Under the pieces are notes generated by a model that was given only the letters and a program-made list of their open reading frames with translations, did not search any database and was not told the DNA's origin. Shown piece after piece: positions 1 to 13,080 of a DNA stretch of 64,000 nucleotides. A program made the position numbers and the translations under genes. The stretch comes from Spongospora subterranea f. sp. subterranea (taxonomy: Eukaryota): assembly GCA_049724395.1 (NCBI GenBank), contig JAUGWO010000030.1:62001-126000 (forward strand). The letters run 5' to 3'. Each line of letters opens with the position of its first letter. The first letter of the stretch is position 1.

Positions 1-591
1 TTATGTCCCAAGCAGGTATTACTGACGACCGTGAAGCACCGTTCGAGGCTGAAAACACTCGGGCCACCAAAAAGATCTAAATACATCATGAACTCCTCAT
101 TCAGATTCATCAGCCTTGAACACAAACATTGATCTGCAACGAATTCAGAAAAATTTGTTAGGTCGGGAACAGGGATGTGAACGGGCTCGACAAAGAAGAT
201 GGGTTTCTACTCGAATCTGTCAAGCAATTGCAGTACTCTTTGGTTTTCGCAATGGTACAGTATGTATAAAATTAGAACAAAATAATTCTGGATCAGCTCC
301 TGGTTTGGCTGCATTATCTATGAGGGAGTGTTGTTTCTTCTCACGTGTTTCTCAACTTCTCTCGTTCCGGAGTTGCTCCATCGTCGTCACTGTTGCACGT
401 GATGGGCTGTGGCCGCGCTGAAAGGGAAAGGGTCACAGTCAGGAGTGGGCCGTAGCGTATAGTGACCCACTGGCCACACACAGTCAGTCAGTCAGTCCGG
501 GCGCCCGGCCCGTCCGCCTGCTGTTACCGCCAGAGATGAGGTTTGATGGCGGAGCCCATTACTTTCCCAGTCTGTTCTCTGTAGATAGAGG

Positions 592-1847
592 ATGGCCCGT
601 AAGACCTATTCCCATACACAAGATATATTGCATCTCCTCGGATGCTCGTCGGCCATCTACCTCTGCTTTCTGTCGTTCGCCATCGTTCAGGAAAGACTGT
701 ATAGAACCTCGCATGGCCCAGACAATGAGCGATATACCTTCACTGTCTTTCTCGTATTCTGCCAATGCTTCTGTAATGCATTAGTTGCCGGTATTCTAAA
801 AGTGGTGTTTGCTCGGACAAATAGCTCTAATCTTTCATCTTCTGTTCCGATCAAGTTAGTGTTCGAATTTGGGTTGCATTCATTTAGCGACAAATCTGAT
901 CTGTTTTTTCATTAGAGATTATCTGATGATTTCATCAGCTTACATCGGCGCCATGCTTTCCAGTAATATGGCGCTCAGGTTTGTAAACTATCCAACTCAG
1001 GTCCTGGGCAAATCCTGTAAAATGATCCCCGTCATGTTGATGGTAATATCTTGGGTTGATAACGACCCCTGGCGCTCTCTCACTGTATTGTCATTCAGGG
1101 CGTGTTTATCAACAAGAAACGGTACCGTAAACGGGAATATATCCAAGTACTTCTCATATCTCTCGGCATTTCAATTTTTATGGGATTTCAAGGGTCCAGT
1201 GATAAGCGTGATGCAGTTCAACGTATAGAAGGTGTCGCATTATTGTTGATTTCTCTGTTTTTGGACGGGTTTACTGGACCACTTCAAGTAAGGAATCGAA
1301 GCGAGATATTGATGTTGATTTCAGAACGATCTCTTTTCTAGGAGCGAGTTATCTCGAATCACCGACCATCGGTGCATGGCATGATGTTTGGAACAAATGT
1401 CTACGCTATTCCTATCTGCCTGGGAATAATGATTTTTCAAGGTACGGCTCTCAACAATTACGCAGGCTTTTTTTAACTCGCTTTAGGAACGTTTGGGGAG
1501 GCGTTGAGTTTCGTTCAGAAATACCCCATGGTCCTGCGGGATATCGGCGAGTTTTGTATATTTAGTGCTTTGGGTCAAAACGTCATCTTTCTCACTATGT
1601 TTCGTTTTGATTCTTTAATTTTAACGGTAAACCGCAATGTGGACGTTCGAGTTTCCTCTTCAGTTGAATAATTTGTGCTCAGACTATTACCACCACTCGT
1701 AAATTCTTCACCATAATGTTTTCTGTTCTCTGGTTCGGGAACGCCATCAACGCAATGCAATGGGTCGGCGTTACTGGTGTCTTCGCGGGCCTCGGACTAA
1801 ACATCTACTCCAAATATCAAGCTAAGAAAGGCAGGAAGGAAGCTTAA
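592..1847 (+). CDS. SLC35B1: UDP-galactose/UAA-family nucleotide-sugar transporter (SLC35B1/HUT1-like), multi-exon
   Basis: Spliced translation contains [46 protein letters not shown] and TTTRKFFTI, all UAA-family motifs. It ends ...[10 protein letters not shown] (TAA 1845-1847). Introns are short GT-AG. Confidence 0.93.
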
Positions 1848-1931
1848 AACGTCATTCGGATCTATACCTCCCAACAAAATCTATAAATCCAACCATCCAT
1901 TATATATCGTTGTCAACCAGTGGAAGTTACT

Positions 1932-3050
1932 TTATGTAAAATGTTCAAGAACCCACTTTGTCGGGCTCCTGTGTTCTGAAACAGAGAATGATAAACAAGG
2001 GTCACCCCTTATCTTACATAAGTGGTTTGCTGCCCAATGGACGACGGCAACATGATATCCATTGTCGCCGCGATGACGTTTCTTGTAGCAGCTGTGGCCC
2101 CTTTTGCTTCTGATGGACGTCGGCACAGGAGCCCTATCGGCACAACATCTACGATTTGAGATCATCTTTGGGAAGGTTGGCATTGCAGATTCTTCTAACG
2201 TTCGACTGGATTGTTCAAAGATTGACTGCATTACATCGCCTGGCGAAAATGCTTAGTGGGCATGCGTCCGCGGAAGACAGTCCAAAACAGCAGCTCTGTT
2301 TGAGATCGCGAAATCAATTGCGAGTTAGACAAATAACCGCGTGTTTGGACGTTCTGTAGTCATCGCACCCCAAATTGCTATCGAATCCAGCTGGATGGCA
2401 GAAGATCTCCACTCAGTTTGAGGAGAGGTGCGAGTTTCCGGCGCGATGGATGGGACGCAGTTGACGCAAACACTTTGCTGTATCAGAATCCCGAGGCGAA
2501 GATTCGCTGCCTCTACAAGAGCTGCAAGGCGAAATTTGCTGGCAATGACAGCCAGGCAGATAAATCTGTAGAGAAGATCGTTCGCGACGAAGGTATGCCT
2601 GCAGGGTTCTTCAGCGACCAGGTGGTGGTCGTTCCTGCAATACTGACTATGCGGATATGTTGGGATTCATCGTTCCAACTCTGGGACACATGCACCCGAC
2701 GTGTTCACATCCAAGATCGGACTGTCAGGTGAATCGTTTGCGGACACCGACAGGGCCGGTTCTGAAGTGATCATCATCGGCGATGAAGCTGAGCTGCTGG
2801 AATGGTTGATTTTGTTTGAACGAGGGCCCTGACAGATGTCCGATTCGATTCCCATCGTAGCCAAATGGGAACTAGAAGCAGCATTGGAGGAGAGTGCTTT
2901 TGGGCTACTCGGACATCTGTCCAAGAACCCGCTCAAACAGGTTAACCATCTCGATAATTTTGATGCGCTTGAGGGTGCGAGAGGAGCCGCCCAGCAGCCG
3001 TCAAGGCCTAACCAGTGTTTTCCAGTACGGGGTCTCTACAAATTTTGCGC
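1932..3050 (-). CDS. Unresolved hypothetical gene, probably on the minus strand
   Basis: Intron-like segments on the minus strand (gtaagat...tttcag near 1977-2017, gttattt...aaacag near 2296-2337, gtgcatg...ttgcag near 2635-2695) and a Ser/Pro-rich ORF at 2667-2936. I could not build a continuous reading frame or recognise a domain. Confidence 0.3.
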
Positions 3051-3324
3051 CATTTTTTCAAAAATTGTGTTCATGGAAACAACTACACCCCATGGTATAC
3101 TTGGTACAATACACCGAATCGCGGCCAAATTGTATTAAACACAACAATAGCACTGGCACTCTTCTTTCGGCAAATACCACGAGAAGGAGAAACCAGAAAT
3201 AGACGCAGAAATTTTCTTGAACAAAACAGTCCACAACTGATGTTTCTTTTTTTTCTACGGAGTTTGTAGTAGTCCGAAATACCTGCCGAATCCACGTTAC
3301 TCAGTGAATTTGATCTGGACGGGG

Positions 3325-4859
3325 ATGGCGCCAAACCAGTCCGACTCTGCCCCCAACCGTACTGGTTCGCCGGCGCTATCTGAGCGGCCTGGGAGGCTGT
3401 CGAGCCATAGGCAGCCGGCACGTGATGTATTGACAGGCGAGGAGGTGTCTCAGATCAAGGAGGCGGTCCGCAATGCCCTTCCCGGCAATTATCGGTTCGA
3501 GATCGAGAAGACCGTGCGACGCTGCCGGCAATATGGCGTGAAGCGCGTCGCCCTCCAGTTCCCCGAAGGATTATTGATGTTCGCTTGCCCGATCGGTTCG
3601 ATTTAGTGTTCAACATTATCGTTTTTTATTCAATATCGTTGGCGTTAGGTGACCTACTAATGCAATATGGCCTTGTCGAAGACGTAGCCATCCTGGGCGA
3701 TGTGACATATGGTGCATGCTGTATTGACGATTACGCCGCCGTTGCCCTACAGTCCGATCTTCTCGTGCACTATGGCCACTCATGTCTTGTGCCTGTGTCA
3801 ACTACCAAGGTCCCGTGTCTCTACATCTTTGTTGATATCGAGATCGATGTAGCTCATGTTATCGATACGATCACGGCTACATTCCCACCCGCTTCTAAAT
3901 TAACGCTAGCTGGCACGATCCAGTTTGAATCGGCAATCGCGCTAATATCTGAGACGCTGGATAATGTTCATGTCCCACAATGTCGTCCCCTTTCCCGTGG
4001 TATGTCCAAAAATGGGTTTCTACCTCGTTTTAACCAGACCGATTTATGCCCACTTGTAGGAGAAGTGCTAGGGTGTACCGCCCCTGTGATTGATCGCGGC
4101 GCCACCGATGCCCTAGTGTTCATAGCGGATGGTCGCTTTCACCTGGAATCGATCATGATTGCCAATCCATGGCTGCCGGCGTATCGATATGATCCCTACT
4201 CGAAACGCATGACAATCGAACAGTACGACCATGAACAGATGAAAGAAAACAGACGGGCGTCGATTTTAAGGGTATGTGATGCAGCGAATGCGAATCCTTC
4301 ATGTTGACACCAGGTTTCGCCAGGCGATGGAGGCGAAATCATGGGGGATTATCTTAGGGACTCTGGGTCGTCAAGGGAATGTCAACATCGTAACACGTAT
4401 CGAGGAATCGCTGAAGTCGCGAGGCGCTCACTATACGGTCATATTGCTGTCCGAGATATTCCCAGGAAAGCTCGACATGTTCACCGATATTGACGCATTT
4501 GTCCAAGTGGCGTGCCCCCGATTATCTATCGATTGGGGAATGGCGTTTTCGAAGCCGTTGCTATCCGCGTACGAAGCCATGTCGGCAATCGAAAAGGTCA
4601 TACTGTTTGCGGTTTTGTTTTTTGAATTTGTGGTGCTGACATTCGATATCAGATGGACGTATCTCAGTATTCAGGATCTCATCCAATGGATTATTACTCG
4701 AAAACCGGTGGTGTCTGGTCAAATTATTATACCCCACCCGAGTCTGGTAAATCCGGTCAAACTCCCTCGACGATTACCAACAGGCAGCGTGTTGAACGTG
4801 CGCTCAAAGCAAGGCAAAGAGCAGCCAGAGCGCCTCTGCAGATCGTTGATTCGTCGTAA
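3325..4859 (+). CDS. DPH1: Diphthamide biosynthesis protein 1 (2-(3-amino-3-carboxypropyl)histidine synthase subunit 1)
   Basis: Motifs [88 protein letters not shown] and PMDYY. Confidence 0.97.
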
Positions 4860-4935
4860 AACAGCAGTGCATAAACCTCAATTCATGTAAAAAGGGCACA
4901 ACTATTATAAATAATATATCGCATCGAAACTTTAT

Positions 4936-5996
4936 TTATCCAATGACTTTCCGCTTATGGGCTGTATTCATAAACGGTCGTAGAACCCATTCGTTCTCCG
5001 CCTCCTTCATATCCGCCGTACCCAGCTTGACCTGGTACAGACGAAGCTCGAATCGGGGGCCAACTTCGCGAATCTCCACGTCTTTCCCATGGGGACGCTC
5101 ATATACGTGGTGGCGAAACGATATGAAATCGTTCCTATTCACGAACGACATGACCCGCTTGCTGTCCTCCTTCGGTACCGGGAACAAATACTTGAGAATG
5201 TTTTGCACACGCTTGCCCAGAGGCGTATCGAACTTATCGAACACCAGATGAGGGAACGCCTCGGAAACAGTTCCTGGATTGCGATTCCGTCATTGACGTC
5301 GATACCAATAACAAACGTAAAGGCGGATACCGATTTTGGTGTCTTTGATGTCGTGTCGGGTCACGACACCAGACATGTTGAAATAGGCGGTCGGGCCATA
5401 TGGCATATGGCTAATAATTAGGGCGTCAGGTTCACCACGATGTTCATGCACGATCACCAGATCGGTGACGTCATTCGCCCTGCAGGCCGACACAAGTTCC
5501 TGCAGTCGTTGATGGTGGTTAGCAAAGAAAAAACAACCCTGACAACCCTGATCATGATGTGAAATCGCACCTTAATCACTGTTGCACCCCGATTGATGCG
5601 CTGCGAATTGGGGAACATGAGCCTGACCTCAGACGCGAACTGGATCAGTCGACTCGATGGATCACGAGATGTGGTCACCAGAATTTTCGGATCCCGGACG
5701 CCAGCTGTTTGGTATTCGTCATCGATTGTTGGAACCAAACCTGTCATCAAGACGTCAGCAACCCGGAATCTTTCGTGAGCGCGCGATGGAGCTCACACAC
5801 CTTCCGTCAATGCATCATCATATTGCAGATCGTGCCTGAGTTCCTGCTCTTGATTCCGCAGCTCCGTTGGAATCTGAGTCCCATCTTCTAGAGCCTCCCT
5901 GATCTGTTTCTTGCGTTCGTACAAGGCGCGCTCTTTGCCCTCCAGGCTTTTCCTATACATATACTCGCGACGAAGGCGAGCATTGCGTCGAATCAT
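4936..5996 (-). CDS. IMP4: U3 snoRNP protein IMP4 (Brix domain)
   Basis: MIRRNARLRREYMYRK, DPKILVTTSRDPSSRLIQF, HEHRGEPD, ISFRHH, EVGPRFELRLY. Convergent with DPH1, stops 76 nt apart. Confidence 0.97.
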
Positions 5997-6484
5997 TGTC
6001 TGTCCTCGACTGTGACCACGGAAAGGGCGGTCACGATTTGGTTTTCAGGAGACAACTCCGCCACGGAGTCCGGGAAAGTTTCCGGGAACTCTGTAACATG
6101 AATTGCATTACAGCCATGGAAAATATCTGTAAATTTTGAAAAAGTTTCTCATTATTCCTCAAGAAAATCTGGAACTGCTTTAATCATTTTGAATAAATCG
6201 CGCCGTTTACGCCCTCTATCTTCAAAAAAACGGTTAGTTGTTATCACTGGTGTTGCAGAATCACCAGAGCGCAATCGAACATCGTGAATACAGATGAATT
6301 GCATATCTGTGGTCGTAGAATTAAAAAGATTTAATAACACAACATTTCTGGCAAGTAAAACAGGACGGTCGTCCTTGGGTGACTCGCAAGCATCGTCAAT
6401 ATTCTTGATCAATTTCCAACGCGGCTTTACGAAATTCCAATTGTGCGAGGCTGTCAATCCAATAAAAAACCAATACCATCAAAG

Positions 6485-8532
6485 TCAAGTGCAACGACTG
6501 TACTTGGCTGTTCGCCACCAGGCGCCTAGTGACAGCACCAGCCAGATGCCGAGCAGGCGGAACGACACAAGCCAGTTGCCAGAGTAGTCAACTAGTGCCT
6601 GAGTTCCGCTCAATCAATATTCGAATTCAGGCAAAACAGGGGCGGTCTTACGCCAACCACGCTGGGACTTGCCGCATCACCGAGAGCGTGGATGAGCATT
6701 GTGGAAAGGGCCTGGCGAAACTTATATAAAATCAATCAAATCAATGAATTCATAAGCGTCGAACCATTGCCAGCGGACGTAAACTCGGTGAAGTTTGACT
6801 CCACATTATGACGCCGTTGCATGGACTCTAAGAACCGCATTAGCGTTGGATGTGATAAACGTGATCGGCAACGAACAAGACAAGCGAAAATGCAGATTTC
6901 CGTGAACATCGATCCGATACAAAACATATACACGTTGAGAGAAGCGAACGTAAGTGCAAAAACAGGAAGAGCCTGAACCCATAAGGCGTTGGATCCAGCA
7001 CAACAATGGGCCGAACGGATATACAGTCAACGCTGCATATATAAGAATCCGAGCTGCAGTCACCGTGCGAGCGGCATCGTTAACAGGGCCTTGCGCGATG
7101 ACCCAGCTATTGATTTCTCCATCCGACACGGAGGGCGTTATCAACTTTTCCGGGTCAATGCTAGAAACCGACCCGGCATGGTCAACCCTATGTGATCACA
7201 TGAACACATAGTAGAAGTGCTCATCCGCTACCAACGTACTCGATATGAGTTTGATTGTTTCGATCAAGTAAGTATCCTCCTAAAGCGGTTCCAGCAACGC
7301 CGGAAATTACTACTTCCAACCCAAATACTAGAATCGCGACATCAGTGAGACGAAATCCACTTGAAATCGGCGAACTGACTCAAAGTAGACATAGTCGGAG
7401 ACAGACCGATCGCCTCCTGAAGATACGAGACTCCTACAATAGACATTAGTAAATAAATCACTTTAAAGCTTGACATTACCGAAGCTGCTGATGCCGCCGA
7501 CCACGAACGTTTGCAACGCGTAGCCGAGAACCGTCCAGCGGAATATCGGGCTGGACATTACAGTACGTACGTCACCAAAAAATGAGGATTGATAACCCTG
7601 TTAAGATGTTGAAATGAGGGATATGTGTCGTGTATTACAGAAAGAACATACGGCACTGTTCTCTAGCTGGGAGAAGCGCTCAGGCAACGCGACGCAGATT
7701 AAAGTTAAAGGCAGCATTACCAGCCCTGACCTCAAAGGTTACACGGTATGAGTGTGAAAACATGTTCACCGCGATACCTTGGACGATCCACATAATCCGC
7801 CAATTGTTCAGTCCAATTGTTGCATAATCCAGAACGAAACCTTGAACGGACAGACCGAGGGCGAACCCAACAGGAATCGTCAAATAGTAGTACGACAGCC
7901 ATGCCTATCAAAGTGAGCCAGTGGAATGAGAAATGCCGACCGTCAATTGAACTGACCGAACGGTTGGCCTTGGGGGCGGATATGTCAATGAGTGGCTGAA
8001 CAGAGTTTGAATATGTTATAATCCGCTCATGACAAATAGATGAAAAGGTGCCGATGGAGTCTACCTACAGCTGCAATGCATACAAAAGACGCTTCTCCTA
8101 TCCCAGATAAACAACGTGATATTGTCATGGGTATGAAGCTGAACGAGAGGCCCATTGCAATTGATGATAAGGAGAAGATGAATAGGCCAAAAGCCATCGT
8201 ATACATAGGTCGATAAAAGGTGGCGACACGCGCGAAAATCGGCGCCGTTATCATAAACCCAACTGTTTGGAAGATTGGAAAAGGGAGGGCAATTACCGGC
8301 AAGAGAAGGTACCAATAAAAACAGTTGATAAAACACCATTGTTGAACTGAGTCAGCAATAGAGGTGGCTGGGAGAAAGACGAGAGACTAAGGAAAGCAGG
8401 CGTCACCACGAATAAGCGCGCCTAAATGTTGTTCAACCTAGCTGATAATAGGCCGCGGTCGAAATAGCAGAGCAGATTGATCGTCATAAGAAGCGCGAGA
8501 AACGCCCTGGCATGGTTCAGAGGCAGCGTCAT
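6485..8532 (-). CDS. Spinster-like major facilitator superfamily transporter, multi-exon
   Basis: N-terminus MTLPLNHARAFLALLMTINLLCYFDRGLL, then RCLSGIGEASFVCIA and AVVLLFDDSCWVRP-region helices. C-terminus STMLIHALGDAASPSVVGALVDY...RCT*. These match spinster-family INLLNYxDR, GxGEAS and HxLGDxxSP signatures. Confidence 0.88.
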
Positions 8533-10299
8533 TGGTTAGGCCTCGGCCGTTTCGCCGATAACGATTCGACTACACCGTTTTAAGTTATGGGGGTTATCAT
8601 GTAAACCCGACCACCGCACTGTGATTTGTCATCACTGTCACCCGTAACGATCGCTGGCTCTTGTCCAGGTTATTTATAGCGCGGTATTGACAGTGGCCCG
8701 TACCTGTGTCGGCTGTCAGGTCAGTCGCTCATACAACATGAGATGAGGTTCCACCGCGCGTGACCAATGGGGTACCATTTCCGGCCCTTTCCTATAATTT
8801 TGACAGTGTGCCTGGGACTTGGGGTGATTGGGTAACCTCGCTACGATCTCTGACGCGTTTCTGAGTTCAAAAGCAGAATCCACTGCTCCTCACGGTTCCG
8901 TATCATCCATCATTTTAACAAAAACGGAAATCTTGTCGTCAGTTAACGAGCCAAAACGGCAATCCAATTGTCATTGGAGCAGGAGATGCAAGAATTGTTC
9001 GCCACTATATCTTTTCGTGAGCGTTGCATCCGAAATCGACCTTTGGTCGTCGTTTCAGCATTGTGTTTTTTGTTGCAAACAATCGCAGCCGAAGGCAACT
9101 CTTCAAGGAGTTTGTTGAACAATGATGAACTCAATCTGAGATGATGTCACAAGCGGTTTGTGCCTGCATTTGCTGGTCGTCATCAACGGTGCCAACTCTC
9201 GGGTTGGCTTGGCTTGTTTTGGTCTCAACGGAAGTGTAAGAGTTGCGGGTCGTCCTCGGACATGCTGTCAGACCCAAGACCTGTTGCCTGGCACGGCCAC
9301 GGTCGCGATACTTCTATCGCCATTCAGGTAATAAAAACGTTTGATAGGCAAACATAGTGGGATATACTTGGTTGTAAACGAGTCAGCCATCTGTACTGTA
9401 TTGCAGAATTCGTCTCTCTTTCCCAAGTCCCAGGTGTTAGAAGCGCTGCTGCTCAATGTTGAAAGGGGCAAAGATGCATCGGACATCCCAGAACAGCTGT
9501 TGCCCGCCTTTGTGGATAGCGTTGACGACTGGAGACTCCGTTAATCACGTTGGCAGTATTTCGACAGCAATGGCACAGTTGCAGGTTTGGCTACCTGTCA
9601 AGTACTAGTATGATCAACGCTCTCAGACCTAACGTGGGGTACATCATAGAGGGTGTATCTGAAGCATACAAGCGGCTCAGCAAATGTCATGCGGTAACCA
9701 TTGTTCGATACCGACTGGAACGCAGTCTACCTGTGCCACGGACGTATCCACCATGTCGTCTACCCATAAGGAAAGTTTACATAAATTTGTAATTTTTTCT
9801 GGATCTGATTCTTCGGTTCCGCAATAGTTCTGCGAAGCATACGACGTAACTAGAAGTTCGTGAAAAGTCGTCGATGTCAATGTGAAAGAAAACATTCACA
9901 TTCGGGTTTCAGAGATTCGGTTTTCCGACGTTAGTAGATACGCTGGTCCCTATCTGAGAGTCTCTCGGAAGAGTTTGTGTATTTTTTTTTTGGGGCTGTG
10001 ACATTGCTAGCGGTGATGCGGTGCAAAACTTTCGACATATTAGACAACTCGCGATTTCGTCCCAAGTATACTCTCACCTGCATTCCCTATCAAAAAGATT
10101 CTTCGAAAGGAATCTCCTCACAGTCACAGTTTTACCACGTGTTTTTGGTCTAGTAAGTGTGGTAACAACATAAAACTGCCTTCGTACCTGCCCGTCCACC
10201 CTCTGAAGTACTCGAAATATTGTATCGGTGACACCTGGCCACTCAAACAAACTCCAGATGTTTTAGCAGCGCACTGATATCACAAAACGGGCGCCCAAC

Positions 10300-11466
10300 A
10301 TGAACGCTAACACCATTGCATCAGAATCATCACCGGCAGGGTCCAAGAAGGTGGCGATAGTGACCGGATCGTCGTCGGGGATAGGTATCGAGACGGCTCT
10401 CGACCTTTTCGAGAAGGGATGGACAGTTGTTATGGCTTGTCGGCAACGCGATAAAACCGTTAAAATTATCGAAGAGGTTCAACTCAAAGCAGCAAAAGCC
10501 GGCCAGGGTGGCTTAGAATTTATGCACCTTGAGCTTTCTCAGTTTTCCTCAGTTCAGCGGTTTGTGAAAGAGTTTTGTGAAAAATACGACAAATTAAACG
10601 TTGGTGGAGAGTCATCCATGTGTGGGTGTAAAGAAAATTTGGTTTTTAGGTTTTAATAAATAACGCTGGCCTTCTGAAGTCGTCCAAACAAACAGAGGAT
10701 GGATTTGGGGAAGTCTTACAAGTGAATATCATAATGTGGCTGTGAGAACTTCCGTTGATGCGTTTCCTTAGGTTAATTTTCTGGCGCACGTTTTGCTGAC
10801 TGAACTGCTGTGGCCAACACTGAAATCAACCGGGGGCGCTCGTGTGATCCATGTGTCATCAGTTCTTCATCAAAAAGCAACTGCAGATATTTTCACTGAT
10901 CAAGGCGATTATAACAATTCGTAAGTGATAACAGACAATGATGTCTCCCCATTTAAAGCCAATCTGAACAGGAAGTTAGCCCAGATCTTATACACGTATT
11001 ACTGTCAAAGGACTCGCTGTTGTAAAGATGGTGTGACCTCAATCGCTGTTCATCCTGGAGTGACGGCAACAGACGTTTTTCGCGATCTTCCTCTGGTTGT
11101 TCGTGGCATCATTAACTGCATCGCCCTTTCGCCGAAGAAGGGAGCAAAAGTACTAGTATATTCGCGGCAGTAGATCCCTCTATAACCGACACAGCTGGTT
11201 CTGGTCAGACCCTCTATTTATCTCCGAACAAAAGGTAACCGCAAAACCTGTTTATCGAGCAATGGAACTCGCATTTTTGAACCTCAATTTACAGGTATTG
11301 GCTGGATTGTTGCACTGATGGCCAAGGATTCGGCACTTATGTCGGCTCCATTCCTTGCGATTCCTCTCCGTTAGCAAACGACGCTGACCTTGCCACTAAA
11401 GTGGTTCAAGAAACACTTGGTCGTTTATCAGCGTTTGACTCAAAGGTCGTTCCTTCTAGTCAATAA
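10300..11466 (+). CDS. Short-chain dehydrogenase/reductase (RDH/WWOX-like), copy 1, with an apparent frameshift near 11146-11150
   Basis: VTGSSSGIG, NNAG, VNFLAH, spliced YNNSKLAQ (YxxxK) and VHPG. Relative to copy 3 there are 2 extra A at gga-gca-aa-agt-act, which gives an early TAG at 11171-11173. The downstream exons still look intact. Confidence 0.85.
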
Positions 11467-12109
11467 AGATTTGTTCCGCAAGTTTGTCAAACCCTAATTC
11501 GCAGTTGCTGTGCGGCTAAAACCGATCAAAGAGCCGATGAGCACGCGTTAGTTGCGAAAGCTATGTCTACCACTGTCGTTCGAGGTTCGAATTCAGACGG
11601 CCAGGTAGTGACAATTTTGTGTTGTTTCCAATGTTGAAACTTGCTCTCGTTCCACGATTCCCAAATGACACAGAATTGTCAACAGCTCGACCAATTAGTC
11701 AGAGTTGTGTCGCTTTACCATATCCCGATTCAGGTCCATTTGCTGCACCGGCATGCCATGTCCTGTCGCTTCCGTTTTTTTGGCGCTACACAGAGCGGGC
11801 GTGACCGGTGATTCACATTTAACGTCGGCCCATCAGTTGTCAAAGGCAATCTTCCGCACAACGCCACACCAATAGTGTCTCTGACACGTAGACGACTCAT
11901 CCGCAACGCCACAGGCTTTGCTTCGCATCGTGGGAAAAACGTCCTCATAGTCGAGGGCTGTCAATGGTCGCACCACAAATAAGACTACAGCAAGTGAGGT
12001 AAAAACATCAAAATACTTTGGGCTGCCCTCAGGATCTTCGACAACTGAAATTAGAGGTATCACAGAGACGTTTCCGCAATATATCAATGCCGTCCAACAA
12101 GACATCAAA

Positions 12110-12750
12110 TTCGTTGCCGGTCCGGCCTATTCCTCGACGGTGGCGATAGTAACGGAAGCGACAGGTTTAGCAACGGCTCTTGACCTTTTCGAGAAGGGGC
12201 TGGACAGTTGTTGTGGCGTGTCGGCAACGCGAACAAACGACTAAAATTATCGAGATCGCAATGAGGATAAAGAAGACAGCCAGAATGCATCGTGATCTTT
12301 CCCGGTTTTCATCAGTGCAGCGGTTTGTCAATGAGTTTTGTATAAAATACAACAAAAAAAAACGTTGGGAGAATCATCCATGTTGTGCTTGGTATGTAAG
12401 ATGACATTTGCGTATATTTTTAGGTTTTGGTGAATAACGCTGGCCTTTATCTGAGCGTCCACACTAACAGACGATGGAATTGGGGAAGTTTTTGATGCGT
12501 TTCATTAGGTCAAGTTTCTGGCGCACGTGTTACTGGCTGAACTGCTCTGGCCAAAACTCAAATCAACTAGGGGCATCACTTCGCCATCGGTCTGCTACTG
12601 CAGACGATTTCACTGATCAGCGCAATTACGACAACTTGTCAGTTAATAACAGATGTTGTCTCCTCGCCATTTTAGGCCAATCAATGTTACATAGGAAGTT
12701 CGCCCAAATCTTATACACTTATTACTGTCAACGGAAACGCTGCTCATGTG
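12110..12750 (+). pseudogene. SDR copy 2, decayed and 3'-truncated pseudogene
   Basis: Clear nucleotide similarity to copies 1 and 3 (GWTVVVACRQRE, DLSRFSSVQRF, RKFAQILYTYYCQR). The TGxxxGxG region is deleted, there are several indels, and similarity stops near 12750. Confidence 0.88.
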
Positions 12751-12873
12751 AAGCAACGAGTTTGGCGCATGATTCTTTAGGCTGGCTTGGTTCGTATCAG
12801 CCGCCGCTATCGTTGTTGTTTCTTACACCGATGAACAAGGGAAAGTGGCTCAATGTGCTGCTTACCGATTGGA

Positions 12874-13080
12874 TTAACGGTGTCTTCGCTTGCCTCCAGC
12901 TTCCTTACCATCTCTTTCGATTCTAGTATTGCAACTGTTAACACGTAGGCTATGTCCTCCTATCATTTGAGGCTTGTTCACTAACTTCAATATAGACTAG
13001 GTGTTATAAATAACATTTGCACACTACTGTAGAAACGAAAGGATGGTAACGAAGTTGGAGGCATGCGAAGAGAACGTTAA
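12874..13080. repeat. Imperfect inverted repeat, arms about 12874-12940 and 13011-13080
   Basis: Left arm ttaacggtgtcttcgcttgcctccagcttccttaccatctctttcgattctagtattgcaactgtta matches the reverse complement of the right arm, ttaacgttctcttcgcatgcctccaacttcgttaccatcctttcgtttctacagtagtgtgcaaatgtta. Confidence 0.85.

Noticed and set aside
116..421. 101 aa ORF at the window start
   Set aside because: TTG start, no recognisable motif and no supporting splice structure.
11575..11600. tRNA T-loop/B-box-like ggttcgaattc
   Set aside because: The flanks do not pair into a T stem and no cloverleaf or A box is evident.
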